From the NCBI GenBank assembly GCA_029858565.1, contig JAOUEV010000001.1, positions 64,001 through 128,000 on the forward strand: a stretch of DNA of 64,000 nucleotides. The letters are read 5' to 3'. The notes beneath the pieces were generated by a model. That model worked only from the letters and a program-made list of their open reading frames with translations. It was not told the DNA's origin and did not search any database. Positions 1 through 9,960 of the stretch are shown piece after piece. A program made the translations under genes and the position numbers. Within the stretch, counting starts at the first letter, position 1, and every line of letters starts with the position of its first letter. Source of the stretch: Nitrospirota bacterium (GTDB lineage: Bacteria > Nitrospirota > UBA9217).

Positions 1-741
1 CTCGGGTTTTTCCCGGGAGAGAATGCCCAGCAGCAGGGGGACCTTTTCATGCTTGCCCACGTGGTACAGGATCTGGTCAACTTTTTCCACCGTGACCTGC
101 TCGGGAGTGATCGAGATCTTTTCCGGCAGGTTCATGAACTCGTAGGCCAGTTCCATGACCCGGTAGGAGAGCGTTGCGGAAAAGAGCATGGATTGGCGTT
201 TGGAGTAGTCGGGGAGCTTGCGAAGCAGGTAGCGGAGGTCATCGATGAAGCCCATGTCGAACATGCGGTCCGCTTCGTCGATCACCAGGTACCGGGTTTT
301 CTTGAGGCTGTAGACGTGCTGTTTGTAATAATCAATGAGCCTGCCCGGCGTGCCGATCAGGACATCGACTCCCTTGGACAGCGTATCGCGTTGTTTTTCG
401 TAGTCAATGCCGCCGTACACGGCGAGGAAGCGGAAACCGGTGAATTTCCCGAGCCGCTCAGCTTCGTGGAATATCTGGTCGGCCAACTCACGCGTGGGCG
501 CGATGATCAGCGCCTGCGGGGAATCGCCGGGGTCCACCACCGGATTGCGGGTCATGCGGGAGAAAAGGGAAATGAGGAAGGCCGCGGTCTTTCCCGTCCC
601 GGTCTGCGACTGCGCGGCGACATCTTCGCCTCGCACGGCGCGGGGGATTACCTGCTCCTGAACCTGCGTGCAGGTCGTAAAGCCGGAATGCTCGATGCCT
701 TGTTGTACTTCGTAGGGAAGATCAAAATCGCTGAAGTTCAT
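1..741 (-). CDS. DEAD-box RNA helicase, RhlB-like (runs off window start)
   Basis: Manual minus-strand translation from ATG at 741: MNFSDFDLP..AQSQTGTGKTAAF..APTRELA..GTPGRLID..IDEADRMFDMGF..FSAT. Not in the ORF track because no stop codon lies within the window. Confidence 0.93.
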   Translation of the reverse strand, partial: MNFSDFDLPYEVQQGIEHSGFTTCTQVQEQVIPRAVRGEDVAAQSQTGTGKTAAFLISLFSRMTRNPVVDPGDSPQALIIAPTRELADQIFHEAERLGKFTGFRFLAVYGGIDYEKQRDTLSKGVDVLIGTPGRLIDYYKQHVYSLKKTRYLVIDEADRMFDMGFIDDLRYLLRKLPDYSKRQSMLFSATLSYRVMELAYEFMNLPEKISITPEQVTVEKVDQILYHVGKHEKVPLLLGILSREKPE

Positions 742-1198
742 GGGTCCGATCGTTGCGAAGACATTTTGTCAATGATTGTCGGCCACTACTATACCATAAA
801 TGCTGGAGACGACAAAGGGAAAAGAACAGGTGCGATCGTCATCAGCGATACAGACTGTTGACTAAAGTGACTATAAGGACAGATACGCTCCCCTATTGTT
901 GTTCCGTTAAATGGTGTGATGTCATGCTCATTCCGTGAAAGGACGATGTGCTTCCTGCCGGAGCGCACAGCGGAGTTTGGCGGGAAAAACAGCATTTTCT
1001 CGTCTACGATCGCCAGGATCATGCGATTCGGCCGCGATGAAGTGAAAAAGCGCATAATAATTTCATGATGAAGAGAACAAGTATAATTGTGAATAATCCG
1101 CATAAAACAAAAAAATAAAGTACACATTTTAATTGGTGTTGATATAACTGTTGATAAATTGTCTAACATGAGGAAAGATAATTTTTTATTTTTTTCTG

Positions 1199-1228
1199 TT
1201 GACAAATTATGAACTCTTGTTGTATATT
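1199..1228 (+). promoter_or_regulatory. sigma70-like promoter for the MNT-HEPN operon
   Basis: TTGACA(1199)-18 nt-TATATT(1223) in an AT-rich intergenic region. Confidence 0.5.
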
Positions 1229-1249
1229 TGTCCACGAGGTGAACAGAAG

Positions 1250-1816
1250 TTGCTATCGAAACTCTTCTCTTCAACGAGAGCCGAACTTCTGAGCCTGTTC
1301 TTTAACAATCCGGACGAGAAGTTCTACCTCAGGGAGATCGCCCGGCATATCGGCAAGGACGCGGCCGGTATCAAGCGGGAGCTCGATACCCTGGTGAAGA
1401 TCGGGCTCCTGGCCTGGGAAAAGCGGGGAGTGCAGAAGTACTACTTCGCAGACAAAGGCTCCCCGATCTTCTCGGAAATGAAAGGCCTGATCTTCAAGAC
1501 CACGGGCGTGCAGGGCGCGATCAAGGCGGCGCTCACGAGGCTCAAAGGGGTGCAGGCGGCATTCATCTACGGCTCCTTTGCCAAGGGTTCGGAAAAAGAG
1601 GACAGCAATATCAACCTGATGGTGATCGGCCAGGTGAACATCACGGAACTGAACGACGTGGTGGTAGGGCTCGAAGAGAAGCTGAAACGCGAGATCGACT
1701 ACCTGGCCTTTGACGAGCAGGAATACCGGAAACGGAAGGAAACGAAGGACCCCTTCATCCGGGAGATCGTGAAAGGAAAAAAGCTCATCCTGCTGGGCAA
1801 GGACGATGACGTATGA
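1250..1816 (+). CDS. wHTH + minimal nucleotidyltransferase (MNT)-fold protein, DxD motif altered to NxN
   Basis: N-terminal HTH (FYLREIARHIG..IKRELDTL) and IYGSFAKG...SNINLMVIG. TTG start at 1250 follows GAGGTG. Confidence 0.8.
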   Translation: MLSKLFSSTRAELLSLFFNNPDEKFYLREIARHIGKDAAGIKRELDTLVKIGLLAWEKRGVQKYYFADKGSPIFSEMKGLIFKTTGVQGAIKAALTRLKGVQAAFIYGSFAKGSEKEDSNINLMVIGQVNITELNDVVVGLEEKLKREIDYLAFDEQEYRKRKETKDPFIREIVKGKKLILLGKDDDV

Positions 1817-2288
1817 AGCGCTCCAAGAGATGGGGCTGGAGGAGCGGGCACCTGAGATCGCCGAAGTAATGGGTCTGATGATACGGGCCGAGCGCGATCT
1901 GGCAACGGCCCGGTTGCTCCAGGACAAGGACGAGGAATGGTCCTACGCCGCGGCGTATCAAGCCATGGCCCGGTCCGGGAGAGCGCTCATCATGTCCGAG
2001 GGATACCGGCCCAAGGGGCCCCGGAGCAGGGATACCCATAAGACAGTAGTGACCGCTTCGGGAGTGATCCTGGGCGATAAGTTCAAGAGCCTGATCAATA
2101 AGTTCGACCGGATGCGCAGGAAGTACCAGAACTTCATGGTCGAGAGCGTAAGCATGGTATCCCGTTATGAAGCAGGGCAGGCCATCAAGGACGCGGAAGA
2201 GCTCTTCGGGATCGTAAGTTCACGGCTGCGGGAAAAGTACTCGCAGATGTCATTGCTGAACGATGTACCTCAGCTCGTATCCAGATAA
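1806..2288 (+). CDS. HEPN-domain protein, catalytic motif degenerate
   Basis: AERDLATARLL..WSYAAAYQAM..ALIMSEGYRP..H..FDRMRRK. Overlaps the MNT stop codon. Confidence 0.75.
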   Translation: MTYEALQEMGLEERAPEIAEVMGLMIRAERDLATARLLQDKDEEWSYAAAYQAMARSGRALIMSEGYRPKGPRSRDTHKTVVTASGVILGDKFKSLINKFDRMRRKYQNFMVESVSMVSRYEAGQAIKDAEELFGIVSSRLREKYSQMSLLNDVPQLVSR

Positions 2289-2333
2289 AGGCCGCTTGAA
2301 TCGAATGCGGTGACCGAAAGGGGGTGGACAACA

Positions 2334-2393
2334 ATGCCGGCGAAGAAGAAAGCTGCCAAGAAGAAGGCGAAGAAAAAGGCGAAGAAAAAGTAG
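2334..2393 (+). CDS. 19-aa Lys/Ala-rich peptide MPAKKKAAKKKAKKKAKKK
   Basis: ATG at 2334 to TAG at 2393, purine-rich RBS (GAAAGGGGGTGG). Paralogous to the next peptide. Confidence 0.6.
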   Translation: MPAKKKAAKKKAKKKAKKK

Positions 2394-2528
2394 TCTTTGA
2401 ATACATTGCCCCGAGATGGGGAAACGCCGGGGGATCTCCCCCGGCGTCATTTAATCAATAATTCGTCCGCAGTCGAGGACGTTTTCCAGGGCTTCGCCCC
2501 TAACCTAAGCAAGGAAGGAGATCGAAAC

Positions 2529-2588
2529 ATGCCCGCAAAGAAAAAAGCCCCGGCCAAGAAGGCCAAGAAGACCACGAAGAAGAAATAG
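2529..2588 (+). CDS. 19-aa Lys-rich peptide MPAKKKAPAKKAKKTTKKK
   Basis: Strong RBS AAGGAAGGAG 8 nt before the ATG. Same length and N-terminus as the upstream peptide. Confidence 0.65.
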   Translation: MPAKKKAPAKKAKKTTKKK

Positions 2589-2638
2589 CTGTGCCGAGCC
2601 TGTCAGGACGGCCATGCTCAAAAGCCATGAATATGGTT

Positions 2639-2672
2639 ACCACGAAGGACGTCTTCGTGGTTTTGTTTTTTT
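2639..2672 (+). terminator. intrinsic terminator
   Basis: ACCACGAAG-gacgt-CTTCGTGGT followed by a T tract. Confidence 0.7.
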
Positions 2673-2798
2673 ATGGGAAGAAGAAAGAGCGGTTCAGAAC
2701 ACCCGTCGAGCCGAACACACGTTGTGGTACGGAGACGGACGTGAACGTGCTCTTCTGTCCGGTGAGGTCTTCGCGCGGATGATCTGACCTCCCCACAT

Positions 2799-2827
2799 TT
2801 GAAATATCCGGCCGCTTGCTCTATAAT
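2799..2827 (+). promoter_or_regulatory. sigma70-like promoter
   Basis: TTGAAA-17 nt-TATAAT, 19 nt before the ftsB-like ATG. Confidence 0.6.
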
Positions 2828-2846
2828 GCGGTCGGATGGCTGAATT

Positions 2847-3185
2847 ATGGCAAGACGAAACTATGTACGGACCCCCCGCAGTCTGAAACGCACGGCCGGC
2901 AGGAAGAAACTGGTGATTGCCGCGGCCGTGGTAGCCGGGATTGCTTTGCTCTGGTCCCTGGTAATGGGAGAGATGGGGCTGGTGAAGTACTTGCGGATGA
3001 AGAACCAGGAGAATGCCCTGCGCGTCGAGATCGATCACCTGACCCAGGACAACCGCCGCCTGCTGCAGGAGGTCAAGGCGCTCAAGTACGATGCCGCGTA
3101 TCTGGAGCGTCTTGCCCGGGACAAGATCGGCCTCGCCCGTCCCGGCGAGATCGTCTATTATTATGGCGATGTGGAGGTGCGGTAA
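2847..3185 (+). CDS. ftsB: septum formation initiator (FtsB/DivIC family)
   Basis: Single TM segment, GEMGLVKY, coiled coil, YLERLARDKIGLARPGEIVY. Confidence 0.85.
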   Translation: MARRNYVRTPRSLKRTAGRKKLVIAAAVVAGIALLWSLVMGEMGLVKYLRMKNQENALRVEIDHLTQDNRRLLQEVKALKYDAAYLERLARDKIGLARPGEIVYYYGDVEVR

Positions 3186-3243
3186 CTCTCCTTTTGGCGG
3201 TCTGCAGTATACTGTCGATCATTCCTCGGGTTCCAATATTCGT

Positions 3244-3272
3244 TTGACACCTCTTCCCCCCGCTTGTATCAT
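3244..3272 (+). promoter_or_regulatory. sigma70-like promoter
   Basis: TTGACA-17 nt-TATCAT upstream of the GH57 gene. Confidence 0.55.
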
Positions 3273-3301
3273 TAGAGACATACTGTTCCCGTGACCAAAC
3301 C

Positions 3302-5506
3302 ATGTCTGATCATCCTCTTTCCATAGCCTTTGTCTGGCACATGCACCAGCCCTACTACAAGGACGACCTGACGGGCTCGTACATCCTGCCCTGGGTGCGC
3401 ATGCACGGCATCAAGGACTACTACGACATGCCGGCCATGCTCCGGGACTTTCCCGCGGTGCACCAGACCTTCAACCTCGTTCCCTCACTGATCAAACAGA
3501 TCCAGGACTACGTGGAGAACAACGCCACGGACAAGTTCCTGGACCTGACGATCAAGCCCGCGGAGAGCCTGACGCAGGAAGAGAAGCTATTCCTGCTCAA
3601 GAACTCATTCATGGCGAACTGGGACACCATGATCAGGCCCTACCAGGCCTACTGGATGCTGCTCGATCGCCGGGGGAGGAGCGTGTCACCCCGGGACTTG
3701 GAGAGCGCCACGCGCTATTTCACGGTCCAGGACTACCGGGACCTGCAGGTGTGGTTCAACCTCACCTGGTTCGATCCTCTTTTCAAACAGGGAGATCCGC
3801 TCGTAAAGGGGCTGATCGAGAAGGGAAGCGGTTTCACCGAGGAGGAAAAATTGCTCCTGGTGAAGAAACAGCGCGAAGTGATGGGCCTGATCATCCCCGA
3901 GTACCGCCACCTGGCGGCGTTGGGAACGATCGAGCTCACGACCACTCCTTTTTACCATCCCATCATGCCCTTGTTGTTCGATACGGATCTGGCCAAGGTC
4001 GCTGAACCGAACATCAGTCTGCCTCAGAACCGGTTCTGCCATCCCGAGGATGTGCGCGTGCAGGTGGAGCGCGCCCTGGCCTATCATGAGAGATTCTTCG
4101 GATCCCGGCCCACGGGCATGTGGCCTTCCGAGGGCTCTGTTGCCGAGGAGATCATCCCGCTCCTGGCCGATGCGGGCATCAAATGGATCGGCACTGACGA
4201 GGGTGTTCTTGCCCGTTCCCTGGGCGTAACGATCGAACGGGACTTCGGCGGGGTCATGAAGCATCCGGACCTGCTCTGCAAACCCTACCGCGCGGGCAAA
4301 GGCGACAAGAACCTATCAGTGATATTCCGCGACCACACCCTGTCTGACCTCGTGGGTTTCGTCTATTCCAAGTGGGATTACAAGAACGCGGTGAACGACC
4401 TCATCGAGCGGCTGCACCGCATCCGGAAAGGCGTGGGGAACACGCCGCACCTGGTCTCTATCATCCTGGACGGCGAGAACGCCTGGGAGTACTACCAGAA
4501 CGACGGACGGGATTTCTTTCTCGCGCTTTACGAGCGGCTGAGCAGGGAGCAGGGGCTCAAATGCGTTACCGTGGGCGAGTATCTGAAGGACCATCCGCCC
4601 GCGGACGGGATCGACCGGTTGCACGCGGGCTCCTGGATCTCGGCGAACTACCGCGTCTGGATCGGTCACGAGGAGGACAACCGGGCCTGGGACCTCCTGG
4701 GCCAGACCCGCGACGCGCTGGTGCAGTTCGCCAACAGCAACGGCGACGCCGGGGCGGTCGAGCAGGCCTGGGAGGAGATCTACATCGCAGAGGGCAGTGA
4801 TTGGTGCTGGTGGTACGGGGACGACCATTTTTCCGAGAACGACCAGGAGTTCGACCTTCTGTTCCGGACGCACCTCATGAACGTCTACCGGATCATCGGC
4901 CTCGACGTGCCTGACGAACTGCACATCCCGATCCTGCGCGAGGACCGGGAAGCGCGGCCCACGGTGGAGCTGACCGCCCTGATCTCTCCGTCCATCGACG
5001 GCCAGGTCACCAACTATTTCGAATGGCTCTCCGCGGGCTACTACGACGTTGCGCGCGGCGGCGGCGCCATGCACCGGGGCGACAGCATCATCAGCCATAT
5101 CTATTACGGTTTCGACCTTCGCAACCTTTTCCTCCGGCTGGACCCGAGCCAGAGCCTGCAGGACGACAAGGTGGCGGACCTGACGTTCTATGTAAACTTC
5201 CTGTCGCCAAAGGGACTGGACGCGGAGATCCGGCTCGCGCCGCAACAGCGCAGGGTGACCGCAGCCCTGTTCCGGGGAAGGAACGGCGAGCGCAGCCGGG
5301 TCGCGGCACTCGACATGATCTCCGCCAACGAGATAATCGAACTGGCGATCCCCTTTGAATCGCTCGGTGTGAAGCCGGGCAGCGGCGTCCATTTCTTTGT
5401 CACCGTGGAGCGAAAGGGTTCCGAAGTGGAAAAATGGCCCTTCCGCGGCTTCATTCAGGTGACCGTACCGAACGACGATTTTGAAGCCACCATGTGGCAG
5501 GTCTAG
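3302..5506 (+). CDS. glycoside hydrolase family 57 (amylopullulanase-like)
   Basis: WHMHQPYY, YHPIMPL, GMWPSEG, ILDGENAWE, AEGSDWCWW. Confidence 0.92.
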   Translation: MSDHPLSIAFVWHMHQPYYKDDLTGSYILPWVRMHGIKDYYDMPAMLRDFPAVHQTFNLVPSLIKQIQDYVENNATDKFLDLTIKPAESLTQEEKLFLLKNSFMANWDTMIRPYQAYWMLLDRRGRSVSPRDLESATRYFTVQDYRDLQVWFNLTWFDPLFKQGDPLVKGLIEKGSGFTEEEKLLLVKKQREVMGLIIPEYRHLAALGTIELTTTPFYHPIMPLLFDTDLAKVAEPNISLPQNRFCHPEDVRVQVERALAYHERFFGSRPTGMWPSEGSVAEEIIPLLADAGIKWIGTDEGVLARSLGVTIERDFGGVMKHPDLLCKPYRAGKGDKNLSVIFRDHTLSDLVGFVYSKWDYKNAVNDLIERLHRIRKGVGNTPHLVSIILDGENAWEYYQNDGRDFFLALYERLSREQGLKCVTVGEYLKDHPPADGIDRLHAGSWISANYRVWIGHEEDNRAWDLLGQTRDALVQFANSNGDAGAVEQAWEEIYIAEGSDWCWWYGDDHFSENDQEFDLLFRTHLMNVYRIIGLDVPDELHIPILREDREARPTVELTALISPSIDGQVTNYFEWLSAGYYDVARGGGAMHRGDSIISHIYYGFDLRNLFLRLDPSQSLQDDKVADLTFYVNFLSPKGLDAEIRLAPQQRRVTAALFRGRNGERSRVAALDMISANEIIELAIPFESLGVKPGSGVHFFVTVERKGSEVEKWPFRGFIQVTVPNDDFEATMWQV

Positions 5507-5557
5507 GCAACTGCTCTTCCCGCATCCATCCCGAAGTCACCTTCACTGTGACGCGCC

Positions 5558-6985
5558 ATGAACGTTCTTATCATCAGCACCAACCGGAACCGCTTTCCCA
5601 TGCCCGTGATGCCCATCGGTGCGTGTCTTGTCGCTGAATCTGCCGAGCGGATGGGACACCGCGTCGCTTTCCTTGACATGATGTTCCTGCAGGATCCGCT
5701 GGGATCGGTCACCGCGGCGATCAAAGAGACCCGGCCCGACGTGATCGGCATTTCGGTCAGGAACATTGACAATAACGACCGTGCCGGCCCGGTCTTTTTC
5801 ATTGATGCCTTGCGCCCTCTCATGGCCGCGATTCGGCGGGAAACGGACGCCGTGACGATCCTCGGCGGAGCAGCAGTATCGGTCATGCCCGGCGAGATCC
5901 TCGAAGCGACAGGAGCGGACGCCGCGGCAACGGGCGACGGTGAGATGCTCTTTCCGCAACTGCTGGACCGCATCTCGACGAACAGGTCCTATGATGATCT
6001 GCCCGGCGTAGTCGTTCCGGGGGGCTCGCCGGTGCATCATGCTCCGCGCAGCCCAGCGGGACTGGGCAGCGAGTGCCTCGCGCCCGCTTACTCCCGATGG
6101 ATCGATGTGCGGGCCTATCAGGAACAGATGGCGACCGCGCCGGTCCAGAGCAAGCAGGGCTGCCCGTTCCAGTGCGTGTACTGCACCTATCGGAAGATCG
6201 AGGGAAGGACCTTTCGCACTGCCGATCCCGCTGCTGTGGCCGACCGGGTCGCGGAGCTTGCAGCACGCGGGACCAGGGATATCGAATTTGTGGACAGCGT
6301 GTTCAACGCACCGGCAGACCATGCGATGGAGGTCTGTGAAGTCCTGGCGCGTACGCGGCACAAGGCGCGGATCCAGAGCCTGGAGCTGAATCCCACGTTC
6401 TTCAACGACGGCCTTCTCACGACCATGGAGCGGGCGGGCTTTGTCGGATACGGCCTGACGGTCGAGAGTGCTTCGGACCCGGTGCTCGCGGGGCTCAGGA
6501 AAGGATTCACCGCTGCCGAAGTACAGAATGCGGCAGATATTGTTAGAAGGCACAAGCTGCCCTGCGCGTGGATATTTTTACTCGGCGGGCCGGGAGAGAC
6601 GCAGGAAACCGTTCGCGAGACGCTCAGGTTCGCCGAACGGTCCATCCGAAAAAGCGATGTGGTATTCTTCAACATCGGTATCCGTATCTATCCCGCCACC
6701 GGACTGGACAATATCGCTCGCAGCCAGGGGCTTCTTGACCTGCAGCGCGAAGATATGCTCGCACCGGTGTTCTATCTTTCTCCTGAGGTGGATGGCGGCT
6801 GGCTTGTTTCCGAGGTGCGGGGATTCATGGCCGGTCACATGAATGTGATCAATGCAGACACGCTGAGCCTGCCGATCTTGCCGATGGTCAACCGCGCAGG
6901 GTTCCGGCTGGGATTACGTCCGCCGCTGTGGAAACATACTCGGTTCATCCGGCGAGGGCTGCGCATGGCGGGCATGGATGTGTGA
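5558..6985 (+). CDS. B12-binding radical SAM enzyme
   Basis: N-terminal cobalamin-binding domain (PIGA..PDVIGISVRNIDN) and CPFQCVYC. Confidence 0.9.
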   Translation: MNVLIISTNRNRFPMPVMPIGACLVAESAERMGHRVAFLDMMFLQDPLGSVTAAIKETRPDVIGISVRNIDNNDRAGPVFFIDALRPLMAAIRRETDAVTILGGAAVSVMPGEILEATGADAAATGDGEMLFPQLLDRISTNRSYDDLPGVVVPGGSPVHHAPRSPAGLGSECLAPAYSRWIDVRAYQEQMATAPVQSKQGCPFQCVYCTYRKIEGRTFRTADPAAVADRVAELAARGTRDIEFVDSVFNAPADHAMEVCEVLARTRHKARIQSLELNPTFFNDGLLTTMERAGFVGYGLTVESASDPVLAGLRKGFTAAEVQNAADIVRRHKLPCAWIFLLGGPGETQETVRETLRFAERSIRKSDVVFFNIGIRIYPATGLDNIARSQGLLDLQREDMLAPVFYLSPEVDGGWLVSEVRGFMAGHMNVINADTLSLPILPMVNRAGFRLGLRPPLWKHTRFIRRGLRMAGMDV

Positions 6986-7170
6986 ATGAAAACAAGAGCA
7001 TCTTACCGCAGAGGACGCAGAGAAAAGCCAATGTAAGATCTTCTGTGAGGAGAGCAGCTCGCTTTTTTAGATAAAAAGCGGGCAGCGTGGCGGTTGTGCA
7101 CACTTGGTTTCGGCCAGGATCGAAGAGTCAGCGGTTAACCAAGTTTGGGAAATAAATGAGGAAAGAATAG

Positions 7171-8232
7171 ATGGTCGAGAGCACGAGAGCGTACATCGCA
7201 TCCGTCGCCACTGCAGTGCCGGAATACTCGGCTGACCAGCAGTTTGCCGAGGAATTCATGAAAAAACACTATGGCCCCCGTCTGAACCGGCGGAGCATGG
7301 GTCTGATCAGCACGGTCTTTTCCCATCCCAGCATCCGAAAGCGCCACTTTGCTTTTGATGATCCGGCAAGACTAGTGCAGGAAACGCCTGACGAGCGTGT
7401 TGCCCGGTTCACGGAACGGTCGATCGAACTTGCCGTCAGTGCCATCAGGAATGCGCTGGACAAAGCCCGAGTCACCGTGCATGATGTCCGCGGACTGGTC
7501 GTGAACACCTGTACCGGCTACATATGTCCGGGAATAGCGACCTATCTGGTCGAGCGATTGGGGCTGGCACGGGACATCCGGCTTTACGACCTTGTGGGGA
7601 GCGGATGCGGCGGTGCTATCCCCAATCTCCAGGTGGCGGAGTCGCTGCTCCCTAGGGCTCCTGAAGGCGTGGTTGTGAGCGTTTCCGTGGAGATCTGCAG
7701 CGCGACCTTTGAGATGGACAATGACCTGAGCCTTATCCTGTCGAACGCGCTCTTCGGCGACGGAGCTGCCGCTGCCGTGCTCTGGACCAGGCCCGAGGGA
7801 CTGGAGATCGCCGGCACCGGGGCATGGTACGCTCCCGAGCATCGCGAGGCCATCCGGTTCGTGCACAAGGAAGGGAGGCTCCGCAATCAGCTATCACTCC
7901 GGCTCCCTGAACTCGTGGCGGCGGCGGCATCGGCGGTCAGCCGAGACGTCCTGGGCCATGCATCAGTCGAGGCGGCCGCGGTGTCCCACTGGGCCCTCCA
8001 CACAGGAGGTGAAAAGATCCTCAACGCTGTGCGCGACGAGCTCAAGATACCCGAGGACAGGCTTTGGGCGAGCCGCAAGGTCCTGGGCGAATATGGGAAT
8101 ATGTCGTCGCCAACGGTCTGGTTCGTGCTGGAGGAGATACTAAAGCGCGGCATGGGAGCAGGCGAGACCTGTCTCATGCTTGCCTACGGCGCGGGCATGT
8201 CGGCACACGGTGCCCTGCTCAGGAAAAAATGA
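7171..8232 (+). CDS. type III polyketide synthase (chalcone synthase-like)
   Basis: Cys-His-Asn triad: GSGCGG, WALHTGG, YGNMSS. Also ALFGDGAAA. Confidence 0.92.
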   Translation: MVESTRAYIASVATAVPEYSADQQFAEEFMKKHYGPRLNRRSMGLISTVFSHPSIRKRHFAFDDPARLVQETPDERVARFTERSIELAVSAIRNALDKARVTVHDVRGLVVNTCTGYICPGIATYLVERLGLARDIRLYDLVGSGCGGAIPNLQVAESLLPRAPEGVVVSVSVEICSATFEMDNDLSLILSNALFGDGAAAAVLWTRPEGLEIAGTGAWYAPEHREAIRFVHKEGRLRNQLSLRLPELVAAAASAVSRDVLGHASVEAAAVSHWALHTGGEKILNAVRDELKIPEDRLWASRKVLGEYGNMSSPTVWFVLEEILKRGMGAGETCLMLAYGAGMSAHGALLRKK

Positions 8233-8396
8233 GTGGTCAACACTCTGATAGTCACAGAAAAGACCGCAAAGTATGTATTTGAGATCGCCAGGCGCTTCCT
8301 GTTCTTGAAGAGCCGCATGGACCGTGGCACCTGCACCAGGCATGGAAAGGGCTTCTGATCCGGCGCGCACAGCTGACCGGCCACGCGATTCCCTTT

Positions 8397-8687
8397 GTGA
8401 CGGTAAAACAACATCGCAGGCTCGGGCCGATCGCAGCCTTCCTGGCGATAGCGGGTTATCTTGCCGGTATCTCCCTGGTCCTTTTTGATAAGGGATCTGT
8501 TTATGAATACCCCCTGCACCTCGCTGTCGGGAGCGCGATGCTGGCTTCCCTCGTGACCACGGTGGTCCTCTCTCGAATGATCAAAGGGACCTTGCAATCG
8601 ATCCGGACCTGGCACTTCCGGTTCGGCATTGTCACCCTTGGTCTCTTGATCATCGAGGCGATCCTCGGTCTCGATATCCTGCTCTGA
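8397..8687 (+). CDS. small membrane protein with conserved His residues (DUF4079-like); start uncertain, possibly N-truncated
   Basis: Three hydrophobic segments, HRRLG..LH..WHFRFG. Confidence 0.5.
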   Translation: MTVKQHRRLGPIAAFLAIAGYLAGISLVLFDKGSVYEYPLHLAVGSAMLASLVTTVVLSRMIKGTLQSIRTWHFRFGIVTLGLLIIEAILGLDILL

Positions 8688-8742
8688 ATCCCTTCAAGTC
8701 AGAATAACTATCTATAAATCCTTCAAATAACCCCATATTTCC

Positions 8743-8770
8743 TTGACAACATAGGCTGTTTTTGTATAAT
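8743..8770 (+). promoter_or_regulatory. glyQS promoter
   Basis: TTGACA-16 nt-TATAAT. Confidence 0.65.
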
Positions 8771-8820
8771 AACTAGCTGCTTTTTCTGTTTCCAAATATC
8801 ATTTCACCGAGGGCAATCAT

Positions 8821-9690
8821 TTGACATTTCAGGAGCTTATACTGACGCTCCAGGACTACTGGGCTTCCAAGGGCTGCGTGATCCATCAGCCCTATGACCT
8901 GGAGGTCGGCGCGGGAACGTTCCATCCCGCAACGTTCCTGCGCGTGCTCGGGCCCGAGCCCTGGAGCACCGCCTATGTCCAGCCCTCCCGCAGGCCGACC
9001 GACGGCCGCTACGGCGAGAACCCCAACCGTTTGCAGCACTACTACCAGTTCCAGGTCATCCTGAAGCCCCATCCGCAGAACGTCCAGGAACTCTACCTCG
9101 AAAGCCTCCAGAAGCTTGGCATCAACCCCCTGAAGCACGATATCCGGTTCGTTGAGGACGATTGGGAGTCTCCGACTCTCGGCGCCTGGGGCCTGGGTTG
9201 GGAGGTCTGGCTGAACGGCATGGAAGTGACCCAGTTCACCTATTTTCAGCAGGTGGGCGGCATTGATCTCAAGCCGGTCTCGGCAGAGCTTACCTACGGT
9301 ATCGAGCGGCTTGCCATGTATCTTCAGGGCGTCAACAATGTGTACGATCTCGCCTGGACCAAGGACGTGAAGTACGGCGACGTGCATCATGAGACCGAGG
9401 TGCAGTTCTCGAAATACAACTTCGAACTGTCTGACCGGGAGATGCTCTTCCGGCAGTTCGAGTCCTATGAAAAAGAATGCGAGAAACTGATCAAGGCGGG
9501 AGTGGTCTATCCTGCCTATGATTACTGCCTCAAGTGTTCGCACACCTTTAACCTTCTGGACGCGGCCGGCGCCATCAGCGTGACCGAGCGCACGGGCTAC
9601 ATCGGACGGGTGCGGAAACTCGCGCGGCTCTGCGCCCATGCCTATCTGGCGGACCGGGAAGCGAAGGGGTTTCCGATGCTGAAGCGCTAG
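8821..9690 (+). CDS. glyQ: glycine-tRNA ligase alpha subunit
   Basis: [41 protein letters not shown] start. Confidence 0.97.
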   Translation: MTFQELILTLQDYWASKGCVIHQPYDLEVGAGTFHPATFLRVLGPEPWSTAYVQPSRRPTDGRYGENPNRLQHYYQFQVILKPHPQNVQELYLESLQKLGINPLKHDIRFVEDDWESPTLGAWGLGWEVWLNGMEVTQFTYFQQVGGIDLKPVSAELTYGIERLAMYLQGVNNVYDLAWTKDVKYGDVHHETEVQFSKYNFELSDREMLFRQFESYEKECEKLIKAGVVYPAYDYCLKCSHTFNLLDAAGAISVTERTGYIGRVRKLARLCAHAYLADREAKGFPMLKR

Positions 9691-9703
9691 GCGCTTCAGC
9701 ATG

Positions 9704-9930
9704 AATGCGGAGTGCGGAATTCGGAATGCGGAGTTAACGACAAAAGCTTGTTTCGCGCGGAGACGCCGAGCTCGCAGAGGAAGGCAAAGGACCAAGTAAA
9801 AGGGAAGTTTTTTTGAAGTAGTTTTTCTCTGCGTACTCTGCGCCCCTGCGCGAAAAATGGTTTTTGAATTTGTTTTGTTGGTTCATCCGTGGTTAAGAAG
9901 CAGTTGACTTCATCTGCGTTAATCTGTGGT
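9704..9930. repeat. intergenic cluster of 7-nt and ~9-nt periodic, partly inverted repeats
   Basis: AATGCGG/AGTGCGG/AATTCGG heptamers; CGCGCGGAGACGCCGAGCTCGCAGAG mirrored by CTCTGCGTACTCTGCGCCCCTGCGCG; TTCATCCGTGGTT and ATCTGCGTTAATCTGTGGTT. Confidence 0.6.
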
Positions 9931-9960
9931 TGATAAGCAGTCGCTTTTATCGAGGTTATT

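Noticed and set aside
49-861. 270-aa plus-strand ORF
   Set aside because: Antisense shadow of the DEAD-box helicase on the minus strand.
8233-8359. 41-codon GTG ORF after the PKS
   Set aside because: No recognisable motif or clear RBS; cannot be supported.
8770-8820. T-box or glycine riboswitch before glyQ
   Set aside because: Leader is only ~45 nt and lacks the consensus motifs.
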